Virus record (IMG/VR): IMGVR_UViG_3300035501_000350
Coordinates: 55,918-119,917 of that record
DNA length: 64,000 nt
Strand: one strand, 5' to 3'
From: a virus
Lineage: Duplodnaviria > Caudoviricetes
Below are positions 50,666 through 61,081 of the stretch, one piece after another. A program made the translations under genes and the position numbers. A model generated the notes under the pieces. The model saw nothing but the letters and a program-made list of their open reading frames with translations, was not told the DNA's origin and ran no database searches. The number at the start of each line of letters is the position of its first letter. Within the stretch, counting starts at the first letter, position 1.

Positions 50666-51130
50666 CTATTTACAGTGCGTCATTTCTGGATCATACTTAC
50701 TTGGAAATCCATAGCATTTATTTACAATAGCATTTGCTACTATATCTGCTTTAATACATGCATCTGCTATAGTATCTGTTGTGATTAGTATTTCTACAAT
50801 GTAAGTTGTATCTTTATTTCTTAAAGTTATAACAGATGTAGAATTGCATGAACTATAAGAGCTGTTATCAATTTGTACTGATGTGGATAGTGTTGTTTTA
50901 TTCACTTCTCCCATTTCTCCATACAAAACTCTAGCAATGGAGTGGAATGTTTCATTAACACTATAACTACTAATGCGTGGGAACTTACGTGTTATGCTTG
51001 CTTCTATCTCATTATTATCTATGACGGCATTAAGGACTACTTCCTTTAAAGTAAGATTGAATTGATTACGCTTCTTAATGTATTTTACTACAGCGTAGAA
51101 TTTATCATCTACGTTTAGGTTGACATTCAT
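50666..51130 (-). CDS. hypothetical protein
   Basis: 154 aa ORF with GGAGG RBS. Confidence 0.6.
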   Translation of the reverse strand: MNVNLNVDDKFYAVVKYIKKRNQFNLTLKEVVLNAVIDNNEIEASITRKFPRISSYSVNETFHSIARVLYGEMGEVNKTTLSTSVQIDNSSYSSCNSTSVITLRNKDTTYIVEILITTDTIADACIKADIVANAIVNKCYGFPSKYDPEMTHCK

Positions 51131-51193
51131 TCTATTTCCTCCAAAAATAAAATGGGCCTGGATATTCCAGGCCCATTATTATTGCAGAAAGAA

Positions 51194-51526
51194 CTACTTA
51201 CGCAGAATCTTTCTCTTAATAGCGCCCATGGCTTTAGCCATTGTTTTTGTAACTGCAAACGATCCCTCACCGGTTACACCAACATACGCTTTTACGTCAT
51301 CGTCGATTCTTAAAAACGTATCGCAGTTGTAAACCTTGGAACCCGCTGCAGGAACATGACCATACTTCTTTGATGTTGATGGATGCTCAATGGTATTGGT
51401 AGCTCTAGAGTATGTTACCATGATCTTTCCATCGCTATCAATAGTTACGTGCTCTTTGTTGTTGTTAATAGTGTAATCTCTGTCTTTGATTCTCAAATAC
51501 CCAGAAACCTTCGGCATTTTAATCAA
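51194..51526 (-). CDS. hypothetical protein
   Basis: 110 aa ORF; early-type promoter upstream, terminator downstream. Confidence 0.55.
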   Translation of the reverse strand: MIKMPKVSGYLRIKDRDYTINNNKEHVTIDSDGKIMVTYSRATNTIEHPSTSKKYGHVPAAGSKVYNCDTFLRIDDDVKAYVGVTGEGSFAVTKTMAKAMGAIKRKILRK

Positions 51527-51570
51527 TCCTTTCTTATTTGGTTACACTTATATATTATGCAACCAAATAA

Positions 51571-52116
51571 TTATTTTCTAGACAGTTTCAAAATACCCCA
51601 TGCGATGTTCGCTTCTGGATCATCACTAATCAAATCACTATGGATCCCATACTTAATGAGAGAAATATCGTTAGGCTCATCATCTTTAACGAATCCATAT
51701 TCATACGGATCTGGGAAGAATGTATCTGCATCAAATGATTTATCTACAGTAGTCATGTATATTGTGTCGCATTGATCAATGAACTCATAATATACTTGGC
51801 CGCCACCAATGATAAAACACTTTTTATCTTTAGGTATATCATTCTCAAGCCATTCTTCAAACTGATTGCCATTCATAAACAGAAGATTATCATCCTCGCT
51901 TACAAGATCTTTTCTTGTAGTAAGCACGATATTCAATCTGCCTTGCAAGGGTTTGCCAATACTCTCATATGTAGTTCTCCCCATAACTACAACATTCCCC
52001 ATAGTCGCATCTTTGAAGAACTTTTGGTCTTCAGGAATACGGAAAAGCAGTTTACCATCTTTACCGATTCCATATTGCTTGTCAACTGCAACTATCATGC
52101 TTAATGGTGTTTTCAT
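51571..52116 (-). CDS. folA: dihydrofolate reductase
   Basis: IVAV..GIGKDGKL..IPEDQKFF, VMGRTTYESIGKPLQGRLNIVLT, IIGGGQVY, ADTFFP. Confidence 0.96.
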   Translation of the reverse strand: MKTPLSMIVAVDKQYGIGKDGKLLFRIPEDQKFFKDATMGNVVVMGRTTYESIGKPLQGRLNIVLTTRKDLVSEDDNLLFMNGNQFEEWLENDIPKDKKCFIIGGGQVYYEFIDQCDTIYMTTVDKSFDADTFFPDPYEYGFVKDDEPNDISLIKYGIHSDLISDDPEANIAWGILKLSRK

Positions 52117-52138
52117 GTTTTGCTCCCTCCGTTTAATT

Positions 52139-52849
52139 TTATGCTTCTAACTGGTCTATATAATCAAGTGCATTATTTAGATCCATAAAGAATGCAGAGT
52201 TCTGCTTCACATTAATCAATGGAAGTTCGATTCTTGGGAAGTTATTCATCCTAAGAATATACCAATCGCTTGTCAGATAGTTGTACTCCACTCCATCGCT
52301 TTCCACAGCAGGAGATAGCTCCTGATACTTCCAATCAAGCAATCCATTTTCAAATGCTTCAGCTACCTTGGAGGAATCATATTCCCCATACTCTAAAGCA
52401 TTTGTGTAAACAACTTTTATAGGAGAGGGATCAGAAATCTCTTTGATTACTTTACTACTCTCGTCTACAAGCTGTCTACGATGTCCATAGATTATAGATG
52501 GTATTCTAGAATAATACACACGATTATTTGCAGATTCTATTGGCTTTTCATTCGGTACAACAAATAGCTCAATGTGTTTATACAAATGATCATAATAACT
52601 GATGGTCTTTTCAGTATTATAATTTTTAGGATTCTCCATGAACTTCATATATTCAAAATAAGCGTTCCAAATGTCAGTAATTACAAGCTCCATTACTTTG
52701 AATTTAGAAACAGATTTATATATGTATTCATCAAGAACTCCCTCTCTGGGTTCAATCATATGTGCAACATAGTAAATCTTTGCCTCCCCTGCAGATTGGA
52801 TCTCCTGCATCAAGGCATCAATATCCTTCTGATTAAGCATTACTTTCAT
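52139..52849 (-). CDS. hypothetical protein
   Basis: 236 aa ORF with RBS. Confidence 0.6.
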   Translation of the reverse strand: MKVMLNQKDIDALMQEIQSAGEAKIYYVAHMIEPREGVLDEYIYKSVSKFKVMELVITDIWNAYFEYMKFMENPKNYNTEKTISYYDHLYKHIELFVVPNEKPIESANNRVYYSRIPSIIYGHRRQLVDESSKVIKEISDPSPIKVVYTNALEYGEYDSSKVAEAFENGLLDWKYQELSPAVESDGVEYNYLTSDWYILRMNNFPRIELPLINVKQNSAFFMDLNNALDYIDQLEA

Positions 52850-52956
52850 CTCCTTTGGAATCGTAATACTTTAATGTGCCAATGTAAATTAAACCCAAAA
52901 AATATACTAAATCGTAAATACACATGGAGGGGTATTTAAACCCCTCCATGATATTC

Positions 52957-53463
52957 TTATTCTACGCTTATCCTGTCGCCATCATTGTACGATTGATCAT
53001 ACTTTAGCAGATCATCATGCAGCATCAACAGTCCAGGTGTAGTATACGTTGTCTCTTTGATACATTCAATATCATCAAGATCTTCTACTATCCAACAGTT
53101 GTATCCATATCTCTGCTGAATGAATTTGATCAGAGACTCCATTACAGCATCTCTATACCAATCTCGTTCTACTAGAACTACAACGGTATTTCCTTCATAA
53201 GATGCAGAGACAATGGATAATAGTTTGGAGAACAGAATAGGATTTGATAATAGAGCATTGGCATACTGAATATCAAACTCTACAGTCTGTACAAACTCTG
53301 GCATTGGTAATCCTGTATTATTGAGTGGTGCTAAACTGGTTATCAGCTCACTAACACTTCTATACCCACTGTACAGGCTAGATAGATTGAAAACCAATAC
53401 CTGTTTAGCACAATGATTAGCGATAGGATTTATGAATGCTGGGTTATGAGTGAATACTATCAT
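52957..53463 (-). CDS. hypothetical protein
   Basis: 168 aa ORF; distant resemblance to 53444..54112. Confidence 0.6.
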   Translation of the reverse strand: MIVFTHNPAFINPIANHCAKQVLVFNLSSLYSGYRSVSELITSLAPLNNTGLPMPEFVQTVEFDIQYANALLSNPILFSKLLSIVSASYEGNTVVVLVERDWYRDAVMESLIKFIQQRYGYNCWIVEDLDDIECIKETTYTTPGLLMLHDDLLKYDQSYNDGDRISVE

Positions 53464-54112
53464 CTTGCGTTGGCCTCACGATATTAACCATGGTTTGTTT
53501 GACATTATTAGCCTTAGATGCATTGATGGCATTGAAGTAATTAGCATACTCCTGGAAGGATGCTGGACCTCCGAGAGAAGGAACTTCTCTTGCCATCTTC
53601 TGGATAACAAATTCAGGCAGTAGAGCATTTGCTGGATACATTGCCATATAGTCATCATAAGACATAACGTCAATAGCATAGAACTTAGAGATGATATATG
53701 GGATCTTAGCCTGGTTGACAGAGAACTGAGTCTGCATATAATTACAGGTGATCCCATACACATAATACAAATGGTTAAGCAGAATGTTACCATAAATATT
53801 AAACTCATCTTGAGGGATATAGAGAACAATGTTCTTCTTAGTCATAGCAGCAATTAAAGCCACTATCATATTATCTGGGTCTGTGCTTAACAAATATCTA
53901 GGATACTCATTCTGCATTACCAAAGGTTGCCCTTCAGCCCAAGCCATCAAAACTTCTGTAGGCGGCATTAGGATGCTCGCGTTATAGATGTTAGGATGGT
54001 TAGGATAATCTGAAGTTGTGATTGCTGCTACTGTTAGAAAGTTGAAGTCATTGATCTGGCCTTGAATCATGGATAGATCATTTACAAGGCTCATAGTATG
54101 ACCACTAAACAC
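53444..54112 (-). CDS. hypothetical protein
   Basis: 222 aa ORF, GTG start with RBS. Confidence 0.6.
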   Translation of the reverse strand: MFSGHTMSLVNDLSMIQGQINDFNFLTVAAITTSDYPNHPNIYNASILMPPTEVLMAWAEGQPLVMQNEYPRYLLSTDPDNMIVALIAAMTKKNIVLYIPQDEFNIYGNILLNHLYYVYGITCNYMQTQFSVNQAKIPYIISKFYAIDVMSYDDYMAMYPANALLPEFVIQKMAREVPSLGGPASFQEYANYFNAINASKANNVKQTMVNIVRPTQDDSIHS

Positions 54113-54132
54113 TAACGTCCACTCTCCTCATA

Positions 54133-55761
54133 TTAGTATTCAGACATATCATCGTCATCATAATGATCATGATTATGCTTACCATTACGACGACGATTGT
54201 TATATGGCTTATTAGGATTTACAGCCGGAATAGAATCATTAATATCCTCTTCGGGCTCCTCATCCTCTGCCTCTTCATCATCAGGATATACATCATTTAG
54301 AGCCTCTTCAACTCCTTGAGCAATATCCTGAATGATGTCGCTGGCATCAATATCTATTTTCACTTCTTCTCCAGGCTCTACGATAGGTCCACCGTCTTCA
54401 ACCTCGAAGTAATAGTATCTACCATAAGCCTCAATAGTGAAGTGAACAGAAGTTCCAATATCATTATCCTGACGAAGATCATCAATGGCATCATGAGAGC
54501 ACTTGATAATCTCTTTGTCAAGATTATCGAGAGGATTTACCCCCTCTACAGGTTTGTCCTGTTCTACAGGGGCAGGCTCATCCCTAGATTCAGATACGGG
54601 AACAACAATGTTATTGATGTGTGAAGGCACATACTCATCTGCAGTTATTTCTTCTGCAGCTGTGAATGCCGAACCAACACTGTTGAATGCTCCAGCATTC
54701 TGTAGACGATTATACTCTTCTGTCTGAAGACGAGTATATTCTTCTCTACGGATTCCTTCCTTGTCTTTGTATCTCTTAGATTTAGTCTTGGATACTTTCA
54801 CGGTCTGTACTCCTCCACCTTCACTGGTTAAGAATACAGGCAGAGCATTATACTGCTCTTTGGTAATGTGAACATCGGAAGAGAATCCGGAGTCCATAAT
54901 AGTTTTTCCATCGGGTCCAACAATTCTTGATCTCATTTTGATATTTGCTCCTTTCTTATCACTTGTACTGTAGACTAGTTGTATATTGCTATCATGTTTT
55001 TTGAGGTCTAAAGCTTTATATTCTCTACCGCACTTGGTACAGAATAACCCATTCAAGCCTTTGTCATAATCTATCTCTCCATTACATGGCTCTAACCCAT
55101 TTATAGTCTGTATAGGTTTCTTACAAATGAGTTTAGCTCCATCTAGCTCGTAAGCATATGGGAAGTCTAGTATAACAGGCCCAAATGTACATCCATTGGC
55201 GTTATATCGTAAACCATAGTTCATATACTTATTAACGCCTAAATCATCTACGACATATTTTCCTATGATTTTTGTAATCATCATATTGAATATGTCATCA
55301 GACACAGAAAGAAATTCTTCCAATGAAGTAATAGGATTTACCCTCTCAACAAATGCTATTACCCCAGTTGGATCAACTTCAAATATCTTGCAACAGAAAG
55401 GTTTGAAATATTCTTGGTTTCTAAATTCTGCCGGACTGTCCTTCATTCCAACCTTGTCTACTGCAACTTTTGCCACAAACGTAGGTAGTTCTAAGAAGTT
55501 ATAAACTACTCTGTTTGTACCGCTATGCGCTTTAACAAAGCCTCTAGGACGCATAATGCTATCAATGAGCTCGTACTTCTTTTCAATATTACCATTGTAT
55601 CGTAATGATGTGGCAATACTATATAGTGCGTTTACATCTTCTTGAGTTAGGATGCTTCTTATCGGTGGTGCCCATAGAGCATCGTAATCAAACTCTAGAG
55701 CACTTTTCCTTTTGACGTACAGCTGCTCAATAAGAGATATTCTAGACATTGTTCTGCCCAC
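54133..55761 (-). CDS. protein kinase-like protein with Zn ribbon and acidic tail
   Basis: Gly-loop SGTNRVVY, VAK, conserved E, catalytic-loop-like DDLG...NYG, ILDF; then C..C...CTKCG. Confidence 0.7.
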   Translation of the reverse strand: MGRTMSRISLIEQLYVKRKSALEFDYDALWAPPIRSILTQEDVNALYSIATSLRYNGNIEKKYELIDSIMRPRGFVKAHSGTNRVVYNFLELPTFVAKVAVDKVGMKDSPAEFRNQEYFKPFCCKIFEVDPTGVIAFVERVNPITSLEEFLSVSDDIFNMMITKIIGKYVVDDLGVNKYMNYGLRYNANGCTFGPVILDFPYAYELDGAKLICKKPIQTINGLEPCNGEIDYDKGLNGLFCTKCGREYKALDLKKHDSNIQLVYSTSDKKGANIKMRSRIVGPDGKTIMDSGFSSDVHITKEQYNALPVFLTSEGGGVQTVKVSKTKSKRYKDKEGIRREEYTRLQTEEYNRLQNAGAFNSVGSAFTAAEEITADEYVPSHINNIVVPVSESRDEPAPVEQDKPVEGVNPLDNLDKEIIKCSHDAIDDLRQDNDIGTSVHFTIEAYGRYYYFEVEDGGPIVEPGEEVKIDIDASDIIQDIAQGVEEALNDVYPDDEEAEDEEPEEDINDSIPAVNPNKPYNNRRRNGKHNHDHYDDDDMSEY

Positions 55762-56824
55762 TTCCCTTATTGTATATTTTATTTATTACTTGACTAGTCC
55801 ATTCCGCCCTTCGTCGTTGAGTCTCCTCGTCGGATATGAAAGTTGGTACTTTCCCTTCGAGGAGCGCTTGTTTTCGTCTTGCTCTATCATAAGCAAGATC
55901 CATTCCTATAGCTAGATCATCCATATTGTTGTCATACCTAGAATTGCTAAGCATTTCATTTACATATGGATTAGAACTTCTATGGAGATTCAGAAGCTCA
56001 TTGTACTCATTACTATTATAAACAGTAGAGAAGTTACGGCCTCTGTTAGGAGAAATATTCTCTGCAATCCATTGTTCTCTCTGCAGTCTCCAGAGATCTT
56101 CCTCTAGGAATTGGCATAGCGAGTGATTATCTAGAGCTTTATGCATATTCTCAGACATAGCCCGAATATATGCTCCATCTCTAGACAGTTGAGTTTCATA
56201 CTGTATACCAGAGTCAGCCATTCTACATAACTCATGCATGAGCTGTTCATGTTGCATGGCTTTCTGTTGCTCTGGTGTTGGTACATTGGCTTTGTTATAA
56301 GGATTCAGCATCTGATCAAGTTTTTCTTCATCGGTTTCCCGATGAAAGAACTTATCTACAATTCTAAACTTGATCTTCATCATTTCGACTTGCTCATTCA
56401 TCTGCTGCTGTCGTTGTAATGGCGAATAATATGGAGTATAATTATTATACCCATATTGAGCATATGGCTGCTGCTGATACATCTGAGGCTGATTGTACTG
56501 CCCATACTGGTAATACTGTGGTTGCTGACGATATTGGCTAAACGTATTACCATATGGATTATAATAGTCGTAAATAGGTTGCTGATAACCACCCACCGGC
56601 TGGAACACAAAATTATTATTTTGCTGATTTATACCGTAGCCCTGTGGTTGATAATTGTAATTATTGTATACTGGATATTGGTTATACTGAACCATATTGT
56701 TATATGGTTGCTGTTGCGGCATTTGGGTATAGGGATTAAATCCGGTATTCTGCTGCATCGGAGCTGAAGTACCGAATTGCCCTGTATAGATCATTTGCTG
56801 CATAGGTGACATCTCCTGCTGCAT
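55742..56824 (-). CDS. protein with Q/N/Y-rich low-complexity N-terminus
   Basis: First ~145 aa dominated by Q, Y, N, P. Confidence 0.7.
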   Translation of the reverse strand: MQQEMSPMQQMIYTGQFGTSAPMQQNTGFNPYTQMPQQQPYNNMVQYNQYPVYNNYNYQPQGYGINQQNNNFVFQPVGGYQQPIYDYYNPYGNTFSQYRQQPQYYQYGQYNQPQMYQQQPYAQYGYNNYTPYYSPLQRQQQMNEQVEMMKIKFRIVDKFFHRETDEEKLDQMLNPYNKANVPTPEQQKAMQHEQLMHELCRMADSGIQYETQLSRDGAYIRAMSENMHKALDNHSLCQFLEEDLWRLQREQWIAENISPNRGRNFSTVYNSNEYNELLNLHRSSNPYVNEMLSNSRYDNNMDDLAIGMDLAYDRARRKQALLEGKVPTFISDEETQRRRAEWTSQVINKIYNKGSGQNNV

Positions 56825-57486
56825 TAGGATTCACCTCCTGTAATATAGTTTCTGTAATCCTTAGGAATGTCATATCTAGCGGTAATAATATCGCTATCAG
56901 ACACCACATAGGTATCAGGATTGATTGAAGCAAGCTTAGCACGGCTCTGCCTGTCAACCATATCGTTGTAATATGAAATCTTATAAATATCCTCTGGTCT
57001 TAATTGAAAACCATTAGATACTTTAAAAGCTTCATTTGCTTTATTAAGCATCTTCTGGCTCGTGTAACGTACATGGCCAGACATATGATAGAAGTTAATA
57101 TGAAGCTGATTTGCTGATAGATAATTCAAGATCATAGCAAACAACTCCTGGTTCTTTACAGGTTGCTTATTAGAACCATACATAACTCCATTGGCATCTG
57201 TGGTTCTAACCCACCCATTGATCCAACGAGTGATACCAAAGATACCAAACTGGCTGTCGGAATATAGATCGATACGATCATACATTCCTGGATTTGCTAC
57301 AATAATATCATGGGCTAATGTAACCCCTAGATAAATTGCAATCAATTCAGATTTGTTATTGGTTGTATCTGGAGTAATTGTATACTTGGAATCTCCTGTA
57401 GTAGAACAGATAGCTCCAGAGCAACCAAATGAACGTCCATTAGGATAATGCTTAATGGATGCATCTACATAAATTTCTAACGTCAT
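56824..57486 (-). CDS. rnhA: ribonuclease HI
   Basis: YVDAS, TNNKSEL, YSDSQF, SGH, NDMVD catalytic pattern. Confidence 0.88.
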   Translation of the reverse strand: MTLEIYVDASIKHYPNGRSFGCSGAICSTTGDSKYTITPDTTNNKSELIAIYLGVTLAHDIIVANPGMYDRIDLYSDSQFGIFGITRWINGWVRTTDANGVMYGSNKQPVKNQELFAMILNYLSANQLHINFYHMSGHVRYTSQKMLNKANEAFKVSNGFQLRPEDIYKISYYNDMVDRQSRAKLASINPDTYVVSDSDIITARYDIPKDYRNYITGGES

Positions 57487-57532
57487 TTTTATTCACCTCT
57501 TTTCTTTAATTCACTATTATAATATATCATCA

Positions 57533-58186
57533 TTAATAATATTGGTCTGGATCTACATTTATAGTCTCAATGCTAGGCGAGATATCTGGTAATGCCTTGG
57601 CCCATTCATATAATGAGCCCATGGCTTTCTCCTTCCAAGACGGATCACTGAAATCTGTATCCTCATGGGCTAATACTGATACTAATGATTTTTGTGGGTC
57701 ATGATGTAAGACCCATCCTTCTGGCATAGCTCCTTTGAAATGCATTGCGCCATCGTAATCTAATATCACATATGGATCAATATCGCTCACCTTACCATCA
57801 TGGTGATACGCATTAGCACATCCTTCACCTGAATAGTATACTTTATATCCCTTACGAGTCAAAACTTCTATTGCTTTAATAATATTCGGACCATGTTCAG
57901 CAGAAAAAACACGCCCATAGACAAATAATGATTTATCTTTGCATTTATCACACGTAACGTGTTTACTCCACTGATAGTTGTTCTTTCTATCAATAAGAGT
58001 AATAGAATTATCTACGGGAATAAAATTTATATGCCTGCATTTTTCGCAAACCCATCCAAGCTCTCCATCTACTTTTTCAATAAAATTGCCTGCTTCATTA
58101 TATATGCTTACTACATACTTATGCATTTCCATCTCATTTCCACCCTCTTTTTCTTTTTGTTTTGTATAATGCCATCCCTTACACAA
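57533..58186 (-). CDS. Zn-ribbon paralog family B protein
   Basis: CEKC..CDKC, PNIIKAI..L..KGY..YSGEG, PEGW, LYEWA; probable start MEMHK. Confidence 0.65.
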   Translation of the reverse strand: MCKGWHYTKQKEKEGGNEMEMHKYVVSIYNEAGNFIEKVDGELGWVCEKCRHINFIPVDNSITLIDRKNNYQWSKHVTCDKCKDKSLFVYGRVFSAEHGPNIIKAIEVLTRKGYKVYYSGEGCANAYHHDGKVSDIDPYVILDYDGAMHFKGAMPEGWVLHHDPQKSLVSVLAHEDTDFSDPSWKEKAMGSLYEWAKALPDISPSIETINVDPDQYY

Positions 58187-58377
58187 ACAATCAGCACGGC
58201 AACAAGAAGCACAGCCGAAATTATAGCTCCTGTTTTCCTAGCATGCGCAAGATCAGCTGCATTATCCTCCTTAACAGTAATAGATTCATTTACAGAAACA
58301 GTAAATGAATTATTGCAGTATGGGCAAACAACTTCAAGATTTTCATTTGAATGTAAAACATAATTATTCTGTTCCAT
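58111..58377 (-). CDS. small Zn-ribbon/TM protein
   Basis: CPYC followed by one TM helix and a basic tail. Confidence 0.5.
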   Translation of the reverse strand: MEQNNYVLHSNENLEVVCPYCNNSFTVSVNESITVKEDNAADLAHARKTGAIISAVLLVAVLIVCVRDGIIQNKKKKRVEMRWKCISM

Positions 58378-58696
58378 TGCCAGCCACCTCTAGAAGGTTA
58401 TTATATTTCTCTTTAAATATTTTATTATACTCATCTAGAATCTCGTTATCTTTAGATTTGTCACAACATTTTTCTACTGCTGCGCCATAAGAATCAAGTA
58501 TCATAGAAGCATACATAATTACCCCGAGAACTTGCTTGAATGGTTCATCGGTAGTCGTACATTTGCCACACTGCTCACATGTTAATTGGCCTGTAAATAT
58601 ATTGAAAAACCCATATTTGTTAGCTTCGGTAATAGCCTTCATGTTATTAGCTGTTACATTAGCCAGTTCTTCAAATGACATTTTACTCGCCTCCAT
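58364..58696 (-). CDS. hypothetical protein
   Basis: 110 aa ORF in operon; CEQCGKC. Confidence 0.55.
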   Translation of the reverse strand: MEASKMSFEELANVTANNMKAITEANKYGFFNIFTGQLTCEQCGKCTTTDEPFKQVLGVIMYASMILDSYGAAVEKCCDKSKDNEILDEYNKIFKEKYNNLLEVAGNGTE

Positions 58697-59258
58697 TATT
58701 TATAATATTTGGAAGAGAATCAACCCATTCATACAATGCGGTTAATGCCTCTTCTTTCCAGTGCTCATTTCTAGTACCAATTCCAGAGTATTCTATCTTC
58801 TGTACTGGATGGCTAACTCTACTTAGATAGACTTTAAATAGAGTCCACCCTTTAGGGCAAGATTTAAGCTCTGCACAGTTTTGTTTAAATACAATATACG
58901 GGCAACCAATTGATGGTTTCTCGTCAGTAGGGCTCGACAATACATGGCCTTCACAGGAATACAAAGTACCATAACCCTTACTATTTAGAAGCATTATGGC
59001 TTCAAGAATATTAGGATCGTAGTAATCTTTTGCATTAAATGTAGCATGGCATTTATCGCATTCAACGGTATAACTATACCTGACATGCTCAGATAACCCA
59101 TTAAAAAGCGAAATAGAAAAATGTGTTGGTACATAAACAGGTCTTAAACACCATGGACAGACAAATCCAATATCTCCATTAACTAAAATGAATAAATCAT
59201 CATTGCCTGTCATATCAAACATTCTTTTATCAATTTTGCGAAGTTCCATCCTTAACAT
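58683..59258 (-). CDS. Zn-ribbon paralog family B protein
   Basis: CPWC..CDKC, DPNILEAI..LNSKGY..YSCEGH, PKGW, LYEWV. Confidence 0.65.
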   Translation of the reverse strand: MLRMELRKIDKRMFDMTGNDDLFILVNGDIGFVCPWCLRPVYVPTHFSISLFNGLSEHVRYSYTVECDKCHATFNAKDYYDPNILEAIMLLNSKGYGTLYSCEGHVLSSPTDEKPSIGCPYIVFKQNCAELKSCPKGWTLFKVYLSRVSHPVQKIEYSGIGTRNEHWKEEALTALYEWVDSLPNIINNGGE

Positions 59259-59568
59259 CGCTCCTTACGACTCCATATTTATCATATAGCGTCTTATCAA
59301 ATGTATTTAAAATAGCTTTTTTCTCTTCCGCATTTAAATTTGCGTTTACTGCTTTTAAAATGCAGTCAAGTACAATGTAATCGGTTGCTGCCGTTCCAAG
59401 TAATATTCCAAATGCATCATTATTGCAGTATTCAATTGGGTTGTTGCAGTCGCATTTTGTGAATAACTCAACCAGAGTATTAAACCATTTGGTACTACCT
59501 ATAGTATCGGTAAAAGGCATAATAGCCCTACCGCCAGCTACACTATTGAAAAGGTATTCATACGTCAT
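59230..59568 (-). CDS. hypothetical protein
   Basis: 112 aa ORF in operon. Confidence 0.55.
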   Translation of the reverse strand: MTYEYLFNSVAGGRAIMPFTDTIGSTKWFNTLVELFTKCDCNNPIEYCNNDAFGILLGTAATDYIVLDCILKAVNANLNAEEKKAILNTFDKTLYDKYGVVRSDVKDGTSQN

Positions 59569-60156
59569 TTATACATCACCTCTAATTATACTTTTATAAG
59601 ATATATTCATGTCTGGGTAAATAGTATCTGCCCACTCGTAAAGAGAATTTAGCAGGGTATTAAACCACTCTTCAAAATTATCTTCAGCAGTAATATCTCC
59701 CTTAGGAGTATGAATTATTTCTCCATCGGGTTCAATAAATACACCTTTAAAAGTTTCTGTATACTTCCATCCAATAGGCGGATTAGGATGCTTAGTAGAA
59801 AACTTAGTATCTTCAACAGATATAAAGCATTTAGTGCATATTATTGGCTCATTATCTTCTACTTGATAATAATACGGCTCTGAGCTGTAGCAATCTACAT
59901 GCTCATTATCACTAATAGTGCATTGAATTATTGCTAGATTTGGCTCCATATTAACATTTCTAAACTCTTTTTCGCACATACTGCATACTTTCGTAGTTCC
60001 TAACAAACTTGCGCTAGGGCCGTCTCCTTCGTAATGTACGTTGTTAATAAAGTTGATCCAGCGACACTCTGGGTTAGTACACCTGGTTGCCACTATATAG
60101 TCTTTCGTGTACTTTGGGCTTACTTTGCTGTATCTGGTTTTGCTTAATTGGATCAT
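59569..60156 (-). CDS. Zn-ribbon paralog family B protein
   Basis: CTNPEC..CSMC, EPNLA, YSSE, PIGW, LYEWA. Confidence 0.6.
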   Translation of the reverse strand: MIQLSKTRYSKVSPKYTKDYIVATRCTNPECRWINFINNVHYEGDGPSASLLGTTKVCSMCEKEFRNVNMEPNLAIIQCTISDNEHVDCYSSEPYYYQVEDNEPIICTKCFISVEDTKFSTKHPNPPIGWKYTETFKGVFIEPDGEIIHTPKGDITAEDNFEEWFNTLLNSLYEWADTIYPDMNISYKSIIRGDV

Positions 60157-60301
60157 AATAAAATCCTCCTTAAATATTAAATGGCTTTAACCACTATTAT
60201 ATTATACATTTAATTTTAAGTTTAACATGTTGTATTTGTATAAAAATAACAAAATTGATTAAAAAATAAAGGCGGGATTTCTCCCGCCTTTATTTTGTGT
60301 T

Positions 60302-61081
60302 TTACAGACTAATGTCTGATTGATCTGCTGCTACAACGAAGTTGCCATACCTATCTAAGGTATAATATGTGTTGGAAAGTATTTTTCTGCCATCAACCAT
60401 TGTTGATTTGATTGATGAATCTTGATTTTCATTTGGATCTCCCCAGTGGTGTGATGCCAAGCATAGAACACTTCCTAGATCGCCTTTGACTTTAGCGCCA
60501 TACCCAACGCCAATAGCAACTCCGCAATTACGTACGCTGGCGCTTCCTCCATTGGTAGCAATGGCAACACCAAAATATCCATTTACTATAGCGGAACTAC
60601 GTTTACCGCAAGCTATAGCAGTTGAACTATTTTTGGTTGCTTTTGCACAGCTGTGATTTCCGGTAGTAATACTTGTACTAATTGGGCCGTCTGCTATTGC
60701 TGTATTATCATCTCCGGTTGCGACAGTCGTGGAATAACGGTTCTTAGCGATCGCGGTACCGTATCGGCCGGTACAAACTGCTGTAGCTTTTTCGCTATTG
60801 CTAGATGCCATTCCATTGCTTCCTGTAGAGATTGCAGCACCACTATAAAAATGTACAGAAGCATTTGAACTATCTCCTGTGGACACGGCAACAACATTAT
60901 CACCAGAAGCAACGGCTGAACCATAGTCTCCTGTGTTTAATGCTATAACTCCGTGCCCATTTGCATGAGCTTCGCTATCGTACCTTTTGTTGACAGCAAT
61001 GCCATTGGCTCTGTTAGTTTCTGAACCTATGGATAGATTCTTTTTGGATTGCTTCTTTGGCTTTTGATTTTTGTCGTCCAT
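60302..61081 (-). CDS. Gly/Ala/Ser/Thr-rich repeat (beta-solenoid) protein
   Basis: ~11-residue repeats of type TGDYGSAVASG; C-terminal VDGRKI..NTYYTL. Confidence 0.7.
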   Translation of the reverse strand: MDDKNQKPKKQSKKNLSIGSETNRANGIAVNKRYDSEAHANGHGVIALNTGDYGSAVASGDNVVAVSTGDSSNASVHFYSGAAISTGSNGMASSNSEKATAVCTGRYGTAIAKNRYSTTVATGDDNTAIADGPISTSITTGNHSCAKATKNSSTAIACGKRSSAIVNGYFGVAIATNGGSASVRNCGVAIGVGYGAKVKGDLGSVLCLASHHWGDPNENQDSSIKSTMVDGRKILSNTYYTLDRYGNFVVAADQSDISL

